Origin: Candidatus Hodarchaeota archaeon
Lineage (GTDB): Archaea; Asgardarchaeota; Heimdallarchaeia; Hodarchaeales; Hodarchaeaceae
Length of the DNA stretch: 25,901 nt
Assembly (NCBI GenBank): GCA_029856365.1
Contig: JAHQWW010000046.1
Location: 1-25,901, forward strand
Direction: 5' to 3'
The notes beneath the pieces are model-generated. The model was not told the DNA's origin, did no database searches, and saw only the letters and a list, made by a program, of their open reading frames with translations. Below, piece after piece: positions 17,885 to 25,834 of this stretch; within the stretch, counting starts at the first letter, position 1, and each line of letters starts with the position of its first letter. The position numbers and the translations under genes are program-made.

Positions 17885-19876
17885 TTGGTGGTGAAGATCT
17901 TGCCTAAATTACTTTGGGCACCCTCTGAGGAGCAAATCAAACAAACAAACATGACTGGTTTCATTGAGTTTGTGAATAATGAATATAATCTTGATTTGAC
18001 CTCTTATCATCAACTCTATAATTGGTCTATTGAAAACATTCCAGATTTTTGGGCAGCAATGTGGGATTATGGGGGAATTATTGCTTCTAGAAAGTATAAA
18101 ACGGTGGTTGACAACTTTGATGACTTTTTTACCGTTGAATGGTTTCCAGGCGCACGATTAAATTTTGCAGAAAATTTATTACGATATCACGATGATAAAA
18201 ACCACCTTGCTTTCATATTTCATGGGGAAAATCAAAGATCAAGAAGAATGACTTACAGCGAGCTCTTTTCTCAAGTTACACGATTTGCCAAAACATTACA
18301 TGAGTTAAATGTTACTCTTGGAGATTGTGTTGCTGGCTATATCCCGAATTTAATAGAGACAGTAATAGCTATGTTGGCTGCTACAAGTCTTGGAGCAACA
18401 TGGGCATCTTGTGGAGCGGAGCTAGGCCCAACAGCTGTCTTAGATCGCTTTAGCCAGATAGAGCCCAAGATTATAATCACGTCTGATGGATATTTCTACA
18501 AAGGAAAAACATTTTCCAGTATAAATAATGTTGAACAGGTTATCAGGGAACTACCTTCTGTAGAAAGAGTTATAGTGACCCCCTATATTAAAGAAACTCC
18601 AAATATTGATACTATTCCTCATTCCACACATTATTTGGAGTTTCTAGCTCCAGAAACCCATCCGCATATTAAATTTGAACAATTACCCTTTTCTCATCCT
18701 GGTTATATTATGTTTTCTAGTGGAACGACTGGAAAACCTAAGTGTATGGTTCAAAGCACGGGAGGAGTCTTACTTACTCAATTAAGAGATTTAATATTGC
18801 ATACAGATGTAAAAAAAACCGATCGAATCACCTACAACACTTCACCTTCTTGGATGATGTGGAATTGGCTGAACTGTTCACTAGCGGTTGGAGCGACTAT
18901 TTTACTTTATGATGGAAATCCACTATATCCTGATTGGGGAGCTATGTGGAAATTAATTCAAGGTGAAAAAATTACAATTTTTGGCACAAGTGCTAGTTAT
19001 CTCCATTATCTAAGTGGGATTGGCGCTCAACCAGGTAAGAAGTATGATTTGTCCTCTTTACGGGTAATCTCTCAAACTGCCTCACCCATATCATCAGAAG
19101 CAATGGAATGGCTCTATAAAGAAGTGAAGAAAGATTTTCATTTCAATTCAATTACTGGAGGGTCTGATCTTAACGCAATATTTGCAGGGGGGTGCCCAAT
19201 CCTACCGCTTTATGCCGAGGTACCCATACAATGCCGAGCTTTAGGGATGAAGGTTGAGGCGTATAATGATAAAGCTGTAGCTGTTAGAGATCAGCAAGCA
19301 GAACTTGTAGTAGAACATCCATTTCCTAGTGCTCCATTGTACTTTTGGAATGATCCCAAGAATAAGAAGTATGAACAAGCATATTTCACTTTTTTCAAAC
19401 CAACGGGTAAAACAGTCTGGCGACACGGGGATTATATTATCATCCATCGTGAAACGGAGGGAATAACCGTCTTTGGAAGGTCGGATGCGGTTTTGAAACC
19501 TTCTGGAGTTCGTATTGGAACATCAGAGATTTATAATACTGTGGAAACATTACCTGAGATTGAGGATAGTCTTGCCATAGGACAGAACTGGAAGGGAGAT
19601 CAAAGAATCATTCTCTTTGTAAAAATAACCGAAGGTTATTCTTTAACAGAAGAATTAAAGAATAAGATTAAGAAAATTTTACGAGAAAAGGCCTCACCTC
19701 GCCATGTTCCTACATTAATCTTAGAAACACCTGATATCCCATATACATTCTCAATGAAAAAAGTTGAAATTGCAGTCACAAATATTATTCATGGCAAACC
19801 AGTGACAAATCGAGGTGCATTATCCAATCCAGAATCGTTGGATTTTTTCGAAAAAATTCGTTTTGATTTAGTCTGA
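17885..19876 (+). CDS. Acetoacetyl-CoA synthetase (acetoacetate-CoA ligase)
   Basis: WFPGARLNFAENLL, YIMFSSGTTGKPKC, WMMWNW, WRHGD, GRSDAVLKPSGVRIGTSEIY, SPRHVP, KKVEIAV and ALSNPESL. Start may be TTG 17900 after GGTGGTGA. Confidence 0.93.
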   Translation: MVVKILPKLLWAPSEEQIKQTNMTGFIEFVNNEYNLDLTSYHQLYNWSIENIPDFWAAMWDYGGIIASRKYKTVVDNFDDFFTVEWFPGARLNFAENLLRYHDDKNHLAFIFHGENQRSRRMTYSELFSQVTRFAKTLHELNVTLGDCVAGYIPNLIETVIAMLAATSLGATWASCGAELGPTAVLDRFSQIEPKIIITSDGYFYKGKTFSSINNVEQVIRELPSVERVIVTPYIKETPNIDTIPHSTHYLEFLAPETHPHIKFEQLPFSHPGYIMFSSGTTGKPKCMVQSTGGVLLTQLRDLILHTDVKKTDRITYNTSPSWMMWNWLNCSLAVGATILLYDGNPLYPDWGAMWKLIQGEKITIFGTSASYLHYLSGIGAQPGKKYDLSSLRVISQTASPISSEAMEWLYKEVKKDFHFNSITGGSDLNAIFAGGCPILPLYAEVPIQCRALGMKVEAYNDKAVAVRDQQAELVVEHPFPSAPLYFWNDPKNKKYEQAYFTFFKPTGKTVWRHGDYIIIHRETEGITVFGRSDAVLKPSGVRIGTSEIYNTVETLPEIEDSLAIGQNWKGDQRIILFVKITEGYSLTEELKNKIKKILREKASPRHVPTLILETPDIPYTFSMKKVEIAVTNIIHGKPVTNRGALSNPESLDFFEKIRFDLV

Positions 19877-19919
19877 AAAGTGATCATATCTTCTTACGTT
19901 AAGAATGAATGATTATACG

Positions 19920-20561
19920 TTAATCAGATCCAGTACTGGCTTTTTCGCGCTCAATGTCCTTCTTCAGATTTGCAATTTCAACCATCTTTTTATCTATTGC
20001 TTCTTTGACACGAATGACTTCTCTATTCGCTTTTTCTATTTCTTTAGCTACTTCTTTCTTTTTCTCCTCATCATGGGTCTCGATCTGGAATTCTTCAAGA
20101 GTAAAAAGCTTGTATTGTTGCGAACCAAGTTGAAGTTTTAATTCTTTCAATTGGCTTTCTTTAGATTCCAGCTCTTGTTCAACCAACTCAACACGGTCAA
20201 CATCCAGCAAATTTTCAGCTAGTTCAATATAACGCCGAATAGAGCGAATTTTCAACTCTCCAGCTCTTTTTTTCTTTTGAAAGAACAAAGCTAGATTACT
20301 ATTTTCCCCAAGCTTTAAGACAATAACGTTAATGTCATCCGTGTCGAATACAAGTTTGTTGTAACTTGTAAAATCATAATTACAAATTTCGTACATCTTT
20401 TGTATAGAAACTAAAGTTTCAGAAAAATTGTTTCCGAGTTTAGGAATGTTTACCGTATGTTCAAACGTAGTGTGGAACACTGTACCATCGTTATAAAACA
20501 TAACTACGTGTTCTACTTCTGGCAAAATTTTCTTAATACGTTCTATAGTATTCTCAATCAT
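19920..20561 (-). CDS. Hypothetical protein: roadblock/LC7-like N-terminal domain plus acidic/basic coiled coil
   Basis: Helix-strand-strand (VVMFYNDGTVF)-helix-three strands (LVFDTD, VIVLKL, NLALFF)-helix pattern, then about 90 aa of E/K-rich heptads; fold call is by pattern only. Confidence 0.65.
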   Translation of the reverse strand: MIENTIERIKKILPEVEHVVMFYNDGTVFHTTFEHTVNIPKLGNNFSETLVSIQKMYEICNYDFTSYNKLVFDTDDINVIVLKLGENSNLALFFQKKKRAGELKIRSIRRYIELAENLLDVDRVELVEQELESKESQLKELKLQLGSQQYKLFTLEEFQIETHDEEKKKEVAKEIEKANREVIRVKEAIDKKMVEIANLKKDIEREKASTGSD

Positions 20562-20572
20562 AATTCTCGCCT

Positions 20573-22030
20573 TTAAGTAATTATGAAGTTTCTTAATTGT
20601 AGAAATGCTTTATTTACTCCTAATTGGATTTTATATGGACCTATTTTTTGTAAAATGAGAATTAAAATCGTTAAAATACCAATTACTCCAATAATAACTA
20701 ACCCTAGAGTGAAACGGTAAATTAAAGTAAAGTAAAGGGTTGCTAAAAATAACTGGTATACTGTCGCAATAAATCCAAGTTTCCAAAAAGTTAAAATGTT
20801 GATTGGCCTATTATTTTCTCTTGCAATATTTAAGACAAGAATATTATCTCCCAAAGGAGTCAAATTATCACCCCAATTCGCACCAATGGAAAGACTGAAA
20901 AAAAACCTTTTTGTTAATGAAGAATTATTACCAGAGATACCCGTTACTATTGGAATAAGAGCTTTAGTAATTGGAACGTTATCAATTATAGCACTTGAAA
21001 AGGCTGAAATCCACATGATCAAGATTAATCGAAGAAAATCATCTCTAGGACCCATATTCCTTAAGATACTCTCTACAAAAGTTAATACACCTGCTACCTC
21101 CAATCCTCCAACAATAACGAAAATTCCAAGGAGATAAAAAATTAATTCGAAATCAAATTTTTTAATTATCTCTCTTGCGTCTAAACGACTAAAAATTGTT
21201 AATACCATTGCTATGCTTAAAGCGATCGCATCTGGTGCAAGAATTTCTTCAGGTATTGCAAAAAAAGAGATCATTAAAACGATTAAAGCTCCCAAGGATG
21301 CAACTAGCAAACGAGGACTTTGAACCACATTCCAAATATCAAAATCATATAGAAGGATATGGATGGCTTTGTCTTTTGGAATCGACAATTCATTTTTATA
21401 CACAAATACGAATAGTAGAAGGGTAAAAGCAAATGTAACAATCGAAAAAACCCCAATTCCTAAAAAGTAATCTGGAAACGAAATGCCAGCTTCCCTTGTA
21501 ATCAAAATATTAGGGATAGAAGAGATAGGAAAAAAGGTTCCCCCAATATTTACCATTATTGCTTGTGTTAAAATATAGGGAGTTGGAGATACGTTCAACA
21601 CGCGTGATATTGTGATTGTAAGAGGGATCAATATCATAACAGTTAAGATATTATTCAGAATAGATGAGAAAACAGCTGAAACAATACATAGTATAATCAT
21701 CAAAGGAATAGGTTTTCCTTTACTCATTTTGATTGCAATCACTGCTAAAAATTGAAATGTCCCGATTTCATCGGAAATATGGACAATAAACATAATACCA
21801 ACAATTAACATTAAAGAATGCAGATTAACATAATCCTCTTTTTGAGTTCCTAATAGGAGATCTACAATCAATGAAAAATCCCTTTGTTCGATGAGTGTTA
21901 GCACAAAATACGTTATCAAAGCCCCTGAGATAGCCAAAATGGCACGATTCATCTTTTCTGTCATTATGAGAACAATTAAAGCAATAAAGCAACATGTAAT
22001 GATCAAAGCACTGATTAAAATCCTAATCAC
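20573..22030 (-). CDS. IT-superfamily anion/cation permease (ArsB/NhaD/CitMHS/P-protein-like)
   Basis: SSILNNILTV, NIGGTFFPISSIPNILI, SAIIDNVP and GANWGDNLTPLG motifs; many TM segments. Confidence 0.88.
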   Translation of the reverse strand: MIRILISALIITCCFIALIVLIMTEKMNRAILAISGALITYFVLTLIEQRDFSLIVDLLLGTQKEDYVNLHSLMLIVGIMFIVHISDEIGTFQFLAVIAIKMSKGKPIPLMIILCIVSAVFSSILNNILTVMILIPLTITISRVLNVSPTPYILTQAIMVNIGGTFFPISSIPNILITREAGISFPDYFLGIGVFSIVTFAFTLLLFVFVYKNELSIPKDKAIHILLYDFDIWNVVQSPRLLVASLGALIVLMISFFAIPEEILAPDAIALSIAMVLTIFSRLDAREIIKKFDFELIFYLLGIFVIVGGLEVAGVLTFVESILRNMGPRDDFLRLILIMWISAFSSAIIDNVPITKALIPIVTGISGNNSSLTKRFFFSLSIGANWGDNLTPLGDNILVLNIARENNRPINILTFWKLGFIATVYQLFLATLYFTLIYRFTLGLVIIGVIGILTILILILQKIGPYKIQLGVNKAFLQLRNFIIT

Positions 22031-22490
22031 CGTGAAATTATTCGTGTTCTTTTTCCTTTTTCATATAATAGAACTGGGGGACTGATTCGAGATGAATGAC
22101 ATTAACATCATTTTTATCCTATCTATTTTTCATTCAGAAATTTTTTTCAATATCTATATTAGTATCTCTTAAAATTCTCTCGCTCAAAAATAAAAAAGTT
22201 GGGAAATTATACTCGATTTTATTTAACCGCTGTGAGGTAACCAGAATAATGGTAAGATTTCATAATACAAGCAAGTATCCATTTTTTCTGATTTTAAGCT
22301 CCTCTAATGCTGAAAATATCAATTCTCATATTGTAGAGAACGATTTAAGCAAGGAAACCCGGGAACCTTTGGTTTTTGGATCCTCTGGGGTAATTTTTAT
22401 TATTGATATATTGATATCCACGAATCTTACTGAGATTTATACATTATTTCAGGAAATAAGAATAAATTCCTACATCTAGGAAATAATAAA

Positions 22491-23102
22491 ATGGTTCAAC
22501 CTCATTCCAAAAGCCCTTTATACGCTCTTAATCTCGCTCTTCAATCACCCATTATTCTCGATTTTAGCGAAAAAACGAGATTTTCTAAGTTTTCTTGTAT
22601 TCCAGGTTGTAAGAAGTGTTGTGGATACTCATATTTCCTACCTGCAGAAGTTACTAACCTCCCAAACAATATAAGAAAAGAATTAACATTGAAAGAAGAT
22701 GGAAAATACGATATATTGCGTCTAGGCGGACGATGTATATTCTACAATACTGAAAATGAATTTTTTTGCACCATCTATAATGAAAGACCTCTTCGATGTA
22801 AAATATTTCCATATTTTCCCCTAATTGTCGACCAGAGAATTGTAATTACTTTAGAACCAGCTTTAAAGATGAAAAATGAAACTACCAAAATAAAAACTTG
22901 CCCTGGAGTTGGAAAGCTTGGAGAGCCTTTGAAAAAATCTATTACATATTGTTTATCTTTTTTAGCGAAGTTAGCAGATGTTCCTGCTCTTCTTTCTACT
23001 ATCGTGATTAATAGTGAAATTTTTAATGGAATAAGGAATGATCGATGGTTTATCGAAAACTGGAACGAAAAAATGGAACACAAACCTATAGAAAAAACCT
23101 GA
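22491..23102 (+). CDS. YkgJ family cysteine-cluster (CxxCxxCC) protein
   Basis: FSCIPGCKKCCG, RCIFY, CTIYNERPLRCKIFP and CPGVG. Confidence 0.88.
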   Translation: MVQPHSKSPLYALNLALQSPIILDFSEKTRFSKFSCIPGCKKCCGYSYFLPAEVTNLPNNIRKELTLKEDGKYDILRLGGRCIFYNTENEFFCTIYNERPLRCKIFPYFPLIVDQRIVITLEPALKMKNETTKIKTCPGVGKLGEPLKKSITYCLSFLAKLADVPALLSTIVINSEIFNGIRNDRWFIENWNEKMEHKPIEKT

Positions 23103-23145
23103 AGTTAAACCATTTTCAGTTTAAGAAAGCACTGAATAAATACTT

Positions 23146-23360
23146 ATGGCTAAAAAGCGTTTTCAAGATAGTGAATTATGGTTGGAGATTGATCTCGAGT
23201 TGTGTACAGGTGCAAGGGAATGCGTTGACGTTTGTCCCAAGGATTGTTATGAAATTATAGAAGGAAAAGTCACCGCTGATAACATTGGCATGTGTATCGA
23301 AAGTGCTGCTTGGATGGAGTCTGTCCAAACGATGCAATCCTTTCCCATTGTTCTTGGTGA
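23146..23360 (+). pseudogene. Frameshifted ferredoxin, tandem paralogue of 23538-23753
   Basis: Colinear with the downstream copy but 215 nt instead of 216: gct TG- gat at about 23311 versus gcc TGT gat. The shifted frame continues DGVCPNDAILSHCSW*. A ligand Cys is also changed (tgt to agt). Confidence 0.82.
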
Positions 23361-23537
23361 ATTATTACATCTTTCTTTTATCGGCTTATCTTATCCGCAG
23401 ACCTTTTTTTGAACAAATTTTTCATGAAAATGTTCCAAGGTTAAAGAAGAAAAATTATTTATTGAATGCAACTAAGCCAGTTTTTAGTCCTTAAAAATTC
23501 AATAACTATCTTAGAAACAGAATTGGAGACGGAATCA

Positions 23538-23753
23538 ATGGCTAAACAGCGTTTTGAAGACGGAGATTTGTGGGTAGAGATTGATCTCGATTTGTGTACA
23601 GGTGCAGGCGAATGTGTTGACGTCTGTCCAGAGGATGTTTATGAAATAGTCGGAGGAAAGGTTACCGTTCCTAATATAGGTGATTGCTCTGAATGTGCCG
23701 CCTGTGATGGCGTGTGCCCGAATGATGCAATCCTTGATCATTGTTCCTGGTGA
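23538..23753 (+). CDS. Small acidic dicluster ferredoxin (probable 7Fe: [3Fe-4S] plus [4Fe-4S])
   Basis: CTGAGECVDVCP and CSECAACDGVCP; ATG 23538 follows GGAG and aligns with the start of the upstream paralogue. Confidence 0.92.
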   Translation: MAKQRFEDGDLWVEIDLDLCTGAGECVDVCPEDVYEIVGGKVTVPNIGDCSECAACDGVCPNDAILDHCSW

Positions 23754-23770
23754 ATTCAGTCCTCTCCTCC

Positions 23771-23790
23771 CATCTTTCTTTTTTTTATTT
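23771..23790 (+). terminator. Oligo-T terminator candidate after the ferredoxin
   Basis: catctttcttttttttattt; catctttctttt also follows the upstream copy at 23368. Confidence 0.5.
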
Positions 23791-23928
23791 GAATATAGAT
23801 AAAAATTTCCACCCTAGGCTTTTATTCCACATAACATTTTATTCTGTAAAAGAATTGTTTATCATATTCAACTTGGTATTCCTTAATTAAGTTCAATTTT
23901 ATTAATTTAATCAAGAGGTTTTTAGAAA

Positions 23929-24585
23929 CTGCAACACAACCTAGAAGAAATAGGACGTACTCAAATAAAACGGGCCACGTTTGTTGAGGAAATAGATTAT
24001 ATTAAAAGCCCTAAGACGGTGTTAGCGGTTGCCATACATCAGAAAAAACAAGAAATCAGAGCAGGTGGGATCCTTTATGATATTGAATTCGCCAAGCAGA
24101 TAGACTCTTGGTTGGGAGAGACAATACCTGCTCCTTATCCATATATTAGCACTTATCTAACTTTGCGAAACAAGCAGCCACTTCGTCAGGTTATCAATCA
24201 ATTTCAGAGATTTGACCTTCTAATGGTAGAAGGCGCAGGAAGACAACATCCGAGATATTTTGGACTTGCTTGTGAATTGGGACTGGATCTCGACATTCCT
24301 ACTGTTGGTATTACCCAGAGGCCCTTATTAGGCGTAATTAATTTTTTGCAGCCTCTTGAAAAGAAAGATTATAATTATTATATTTTCCCTGTTTTAGATG
24401 AAGAAAATCTTATTGCTTATTTCATTAGGAAAAAAAGCAATAAAAAAGGAATATTTTTGTCAATCGGTCATAAAATTACATTACTAACCGCAGTTAACAT
24501 TATTTTACCTCTTCTTCTATTCAAACTCCCTGAACCTCTACGACTTGTCAAAATGCTACTTAAAAAATCCAATATTCCGAATTAA
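23929..24585 (+). CDS. nfi: Endonuclease V family protein, catalytically degenerate; probable CTG start
   Basis: PYPYIS wedge-like motif, LLMVEGAGRQHPRYFGLA, LDIPTVG, IFLSIGHKITL and KLPEPLRL. The frame is open back to CTG 23929 (TAG at 23923) and gives an EndoV-like N-terminal helix (LEEIGRTQIK). The ORF track starts at 24019. Confidence 0.82.
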   Translation: MQHNLEEIGRTQIKRATFVEEIDYIKSPKTVLAVAIHQKKQEIRAGGILYDIEFAKQIDSWLGETIPAPYPYISTYLTLRNKQPLRQVINQFQRFDLLMVEGAGRQHPRYFGLACELGLDLDIPTVGITQRPLLGVINFLQPLEKKDYNYYIFPVLDEENLIAYFIRKKSNKKGIFLSIGHKITLLTAVNIILPLLLFKLPEPLRLVKMLLKKSNIPN

Positions 24586-24596
24586 TATAGCTTCTT

Positions 24597-24833
24597 ATGA
24601 TTAATGTGACACTTGAATATTTATCTTGCCCTGATTGTGACAAATGCACTTCATGCCAATCGGAGCTCTTCATTTCTTATAAAACCATACGAATCCAGAG
24701 TAAATCCATTACTAACATCCCATTCACTTCCAAAAATGTGAATAATTCTTTAAATCACATTTCTACAAACTCTACTCCTCAGAAAGCCCTGCTTAAGCGC
24801 CAGATGGCTTTCAATATTCAATTTAACCTTTAA
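24597..24833 (+). CDS. Possible small Cys-rich protein
   Basis: ATG 11 nt after the EndoV stop; CPDCDKCTSC motif; the rest has no recognisable homology. Confidence 0.3.
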   Translation: MINVTLEYLSCPDCDKCTSCQSELFISYKTIRIQSKSITNIPFTSKNVNNSLNHISTNSTPQKALLKRQMAFNIQFNL

Positions 24834-24944
24834 CTAAGGATTATTTCATTATTTAGCTCAAAAAAAATCACGATTTAAAATGCTTGCATAAAAGATAAAG
24901 TTTTTTCTTATTTTAATAGCAATCACTCAATAACCGAGGGATTT

Positions 24945-25817
24945 ATTATTTCTATTTCACAAATTATCTATGAGATCGATACACAGCAAGGATTAGCAAA
25001 ACTTCACCATAGGACACCTGATTCGACTGGTTTCCCAGTATTATTGATCCATGGTTTTGGATCTAGTTCAGATGTTTGGTTTGCCTATAGCGACTCTCTT
25101 GGTAATTATTTCATTGACAACAAAATGGATTGCTGGGCATTAAATTTAAGTAACGCTATATCTGGGAACATCCAAATTTTAGCCCATGAGGATCTACTAA
25201 CAGCAGTTGATTTTATTTACAAGGAACGAAACCAACGAGTTCTAATTGTATCACATAGTATGGGAGGAATTATTTCACGCGTATTTACGAGCTCCCATTT
25301 TAACCATCCATATCCACTGCAGAAAATCGAACGGATGATCCAAGGGATTGTCTTACTCACGGTCCCGAATCATGGCGTTGGATCCACAGATATTTCTCGA
25401 ATTGAAGAAACAGTAAAACTGCTTCATAGCTTTATTAAAAGCGACCAAGAACCTGTAGCTGCAGATTTCGGGCTAGGATTTATCCAATTAACCCCAAAAA
25501 GCCATTTAATTACATCTTTGAATGCATCTCTTCCTTTAAATCCCAATATATCATGGTTGAACGTTGTTGGAAGCTTTGATAAAGTAGTTCCCCTTCAAAG
25601 TGCACTTTTTACCGAATCAGAGATTACTCAAATTCCTCATTTTTCTCAGCAAGAGTTTCCATGTGATCATATGGTCTATCCTTTCACTTCTACAATTTCT
25701 AAAGTAATTAAAGCAATTCCACAGTTCATTGAATCAGCAAAACACGTGCTTAAAATTTATCCCGCTATCCACAGATATCAACCTGTTGGAGATTGGATTT
25801 TAGACCAGTTAAATTAA
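24945..25817 (+). CDS. Alpha/beta hydrolase (lipase/PGAP1-like); start uncertain, possibly ATT
   Basis: PVLLIHGFG oxyanion motif, SHSMGG nucleophile elbow, LLTVPNHG, FDKVVP and CDH. The annotated TTG 25044 cuts into the PVLLIHG strand; the frame is open to 24879. Confidence 0.82.
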   Translation: MISISQIIYEIDTQQGLAKLHHRTPDSTGFPVLLIHGFGSSSDVWFAYSDSLGNYFIDNKMDCWALNLSNAISGNIQILAHEDLLTAVDFIYKERNQRVLIVSHSMGGIISRVFTSSHFNHPYPLQKIERMIQGIVLLTVPNHGVGSTDISRIEETVKLLHSFIKSDQEPVAADFGLGFIQLTPKSHLITSLNASLPLNPNISWLNVVGSFDKVVPLQSALFTESEITQIPHFSQQEFPCDHMVYPFTSTISKVIKAIPQFIESAKHVLKIYPAIHRYQPVGDWILDQLN

Positions 25818-25834
25818 CTGGAGCCAATTGAATA

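Noticed and set aside
22351-22370. aaggaaacccgggaaccttt quasi-palindrome
   Set aside because: Imperfect, single occurrence, no supporting context
22096-22479. 127-aa plus-strand ORF, and its antisense frame broken by TGA codons
   Set aside because: F/I/L/S-rich composition typical of AT-rich non-coding DNA, no motifs, and it fills a divergent promoter region; no basis for recoding
23300-23320. Programmed frameshift rescuing ferredoxin copy 1
   Set aside because: No slippery heptamer at the site, the deletion destroys a ligand codon, and there is an independent Cys-to-Ser change
23466-23537. N-terminal extension of ferredoxin copy 2 in the ORF track
   Set aside because: Paralogue alignment and the GGAG site support ATG 23538 as the start
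953-23741. Short antisense or overlapping ORFs in the track (e.g. 953-1165, 7111-7464, 14152-14460, 17223-17570, 20796-21137, 22775-23083, 23535-23741)
   Set aside because: They are shadows of well-supported genes and carry no independent motifs
23751-23792. Selenocysteine readthrough of the ferredoxin TGA (both copies end TGG TGA ATT)
   Set aside because: The TGA is not at a Cys-equivalent position, the downstream frame is a short T-rich terminator-like tract, and I see no SECIS-like hairpin
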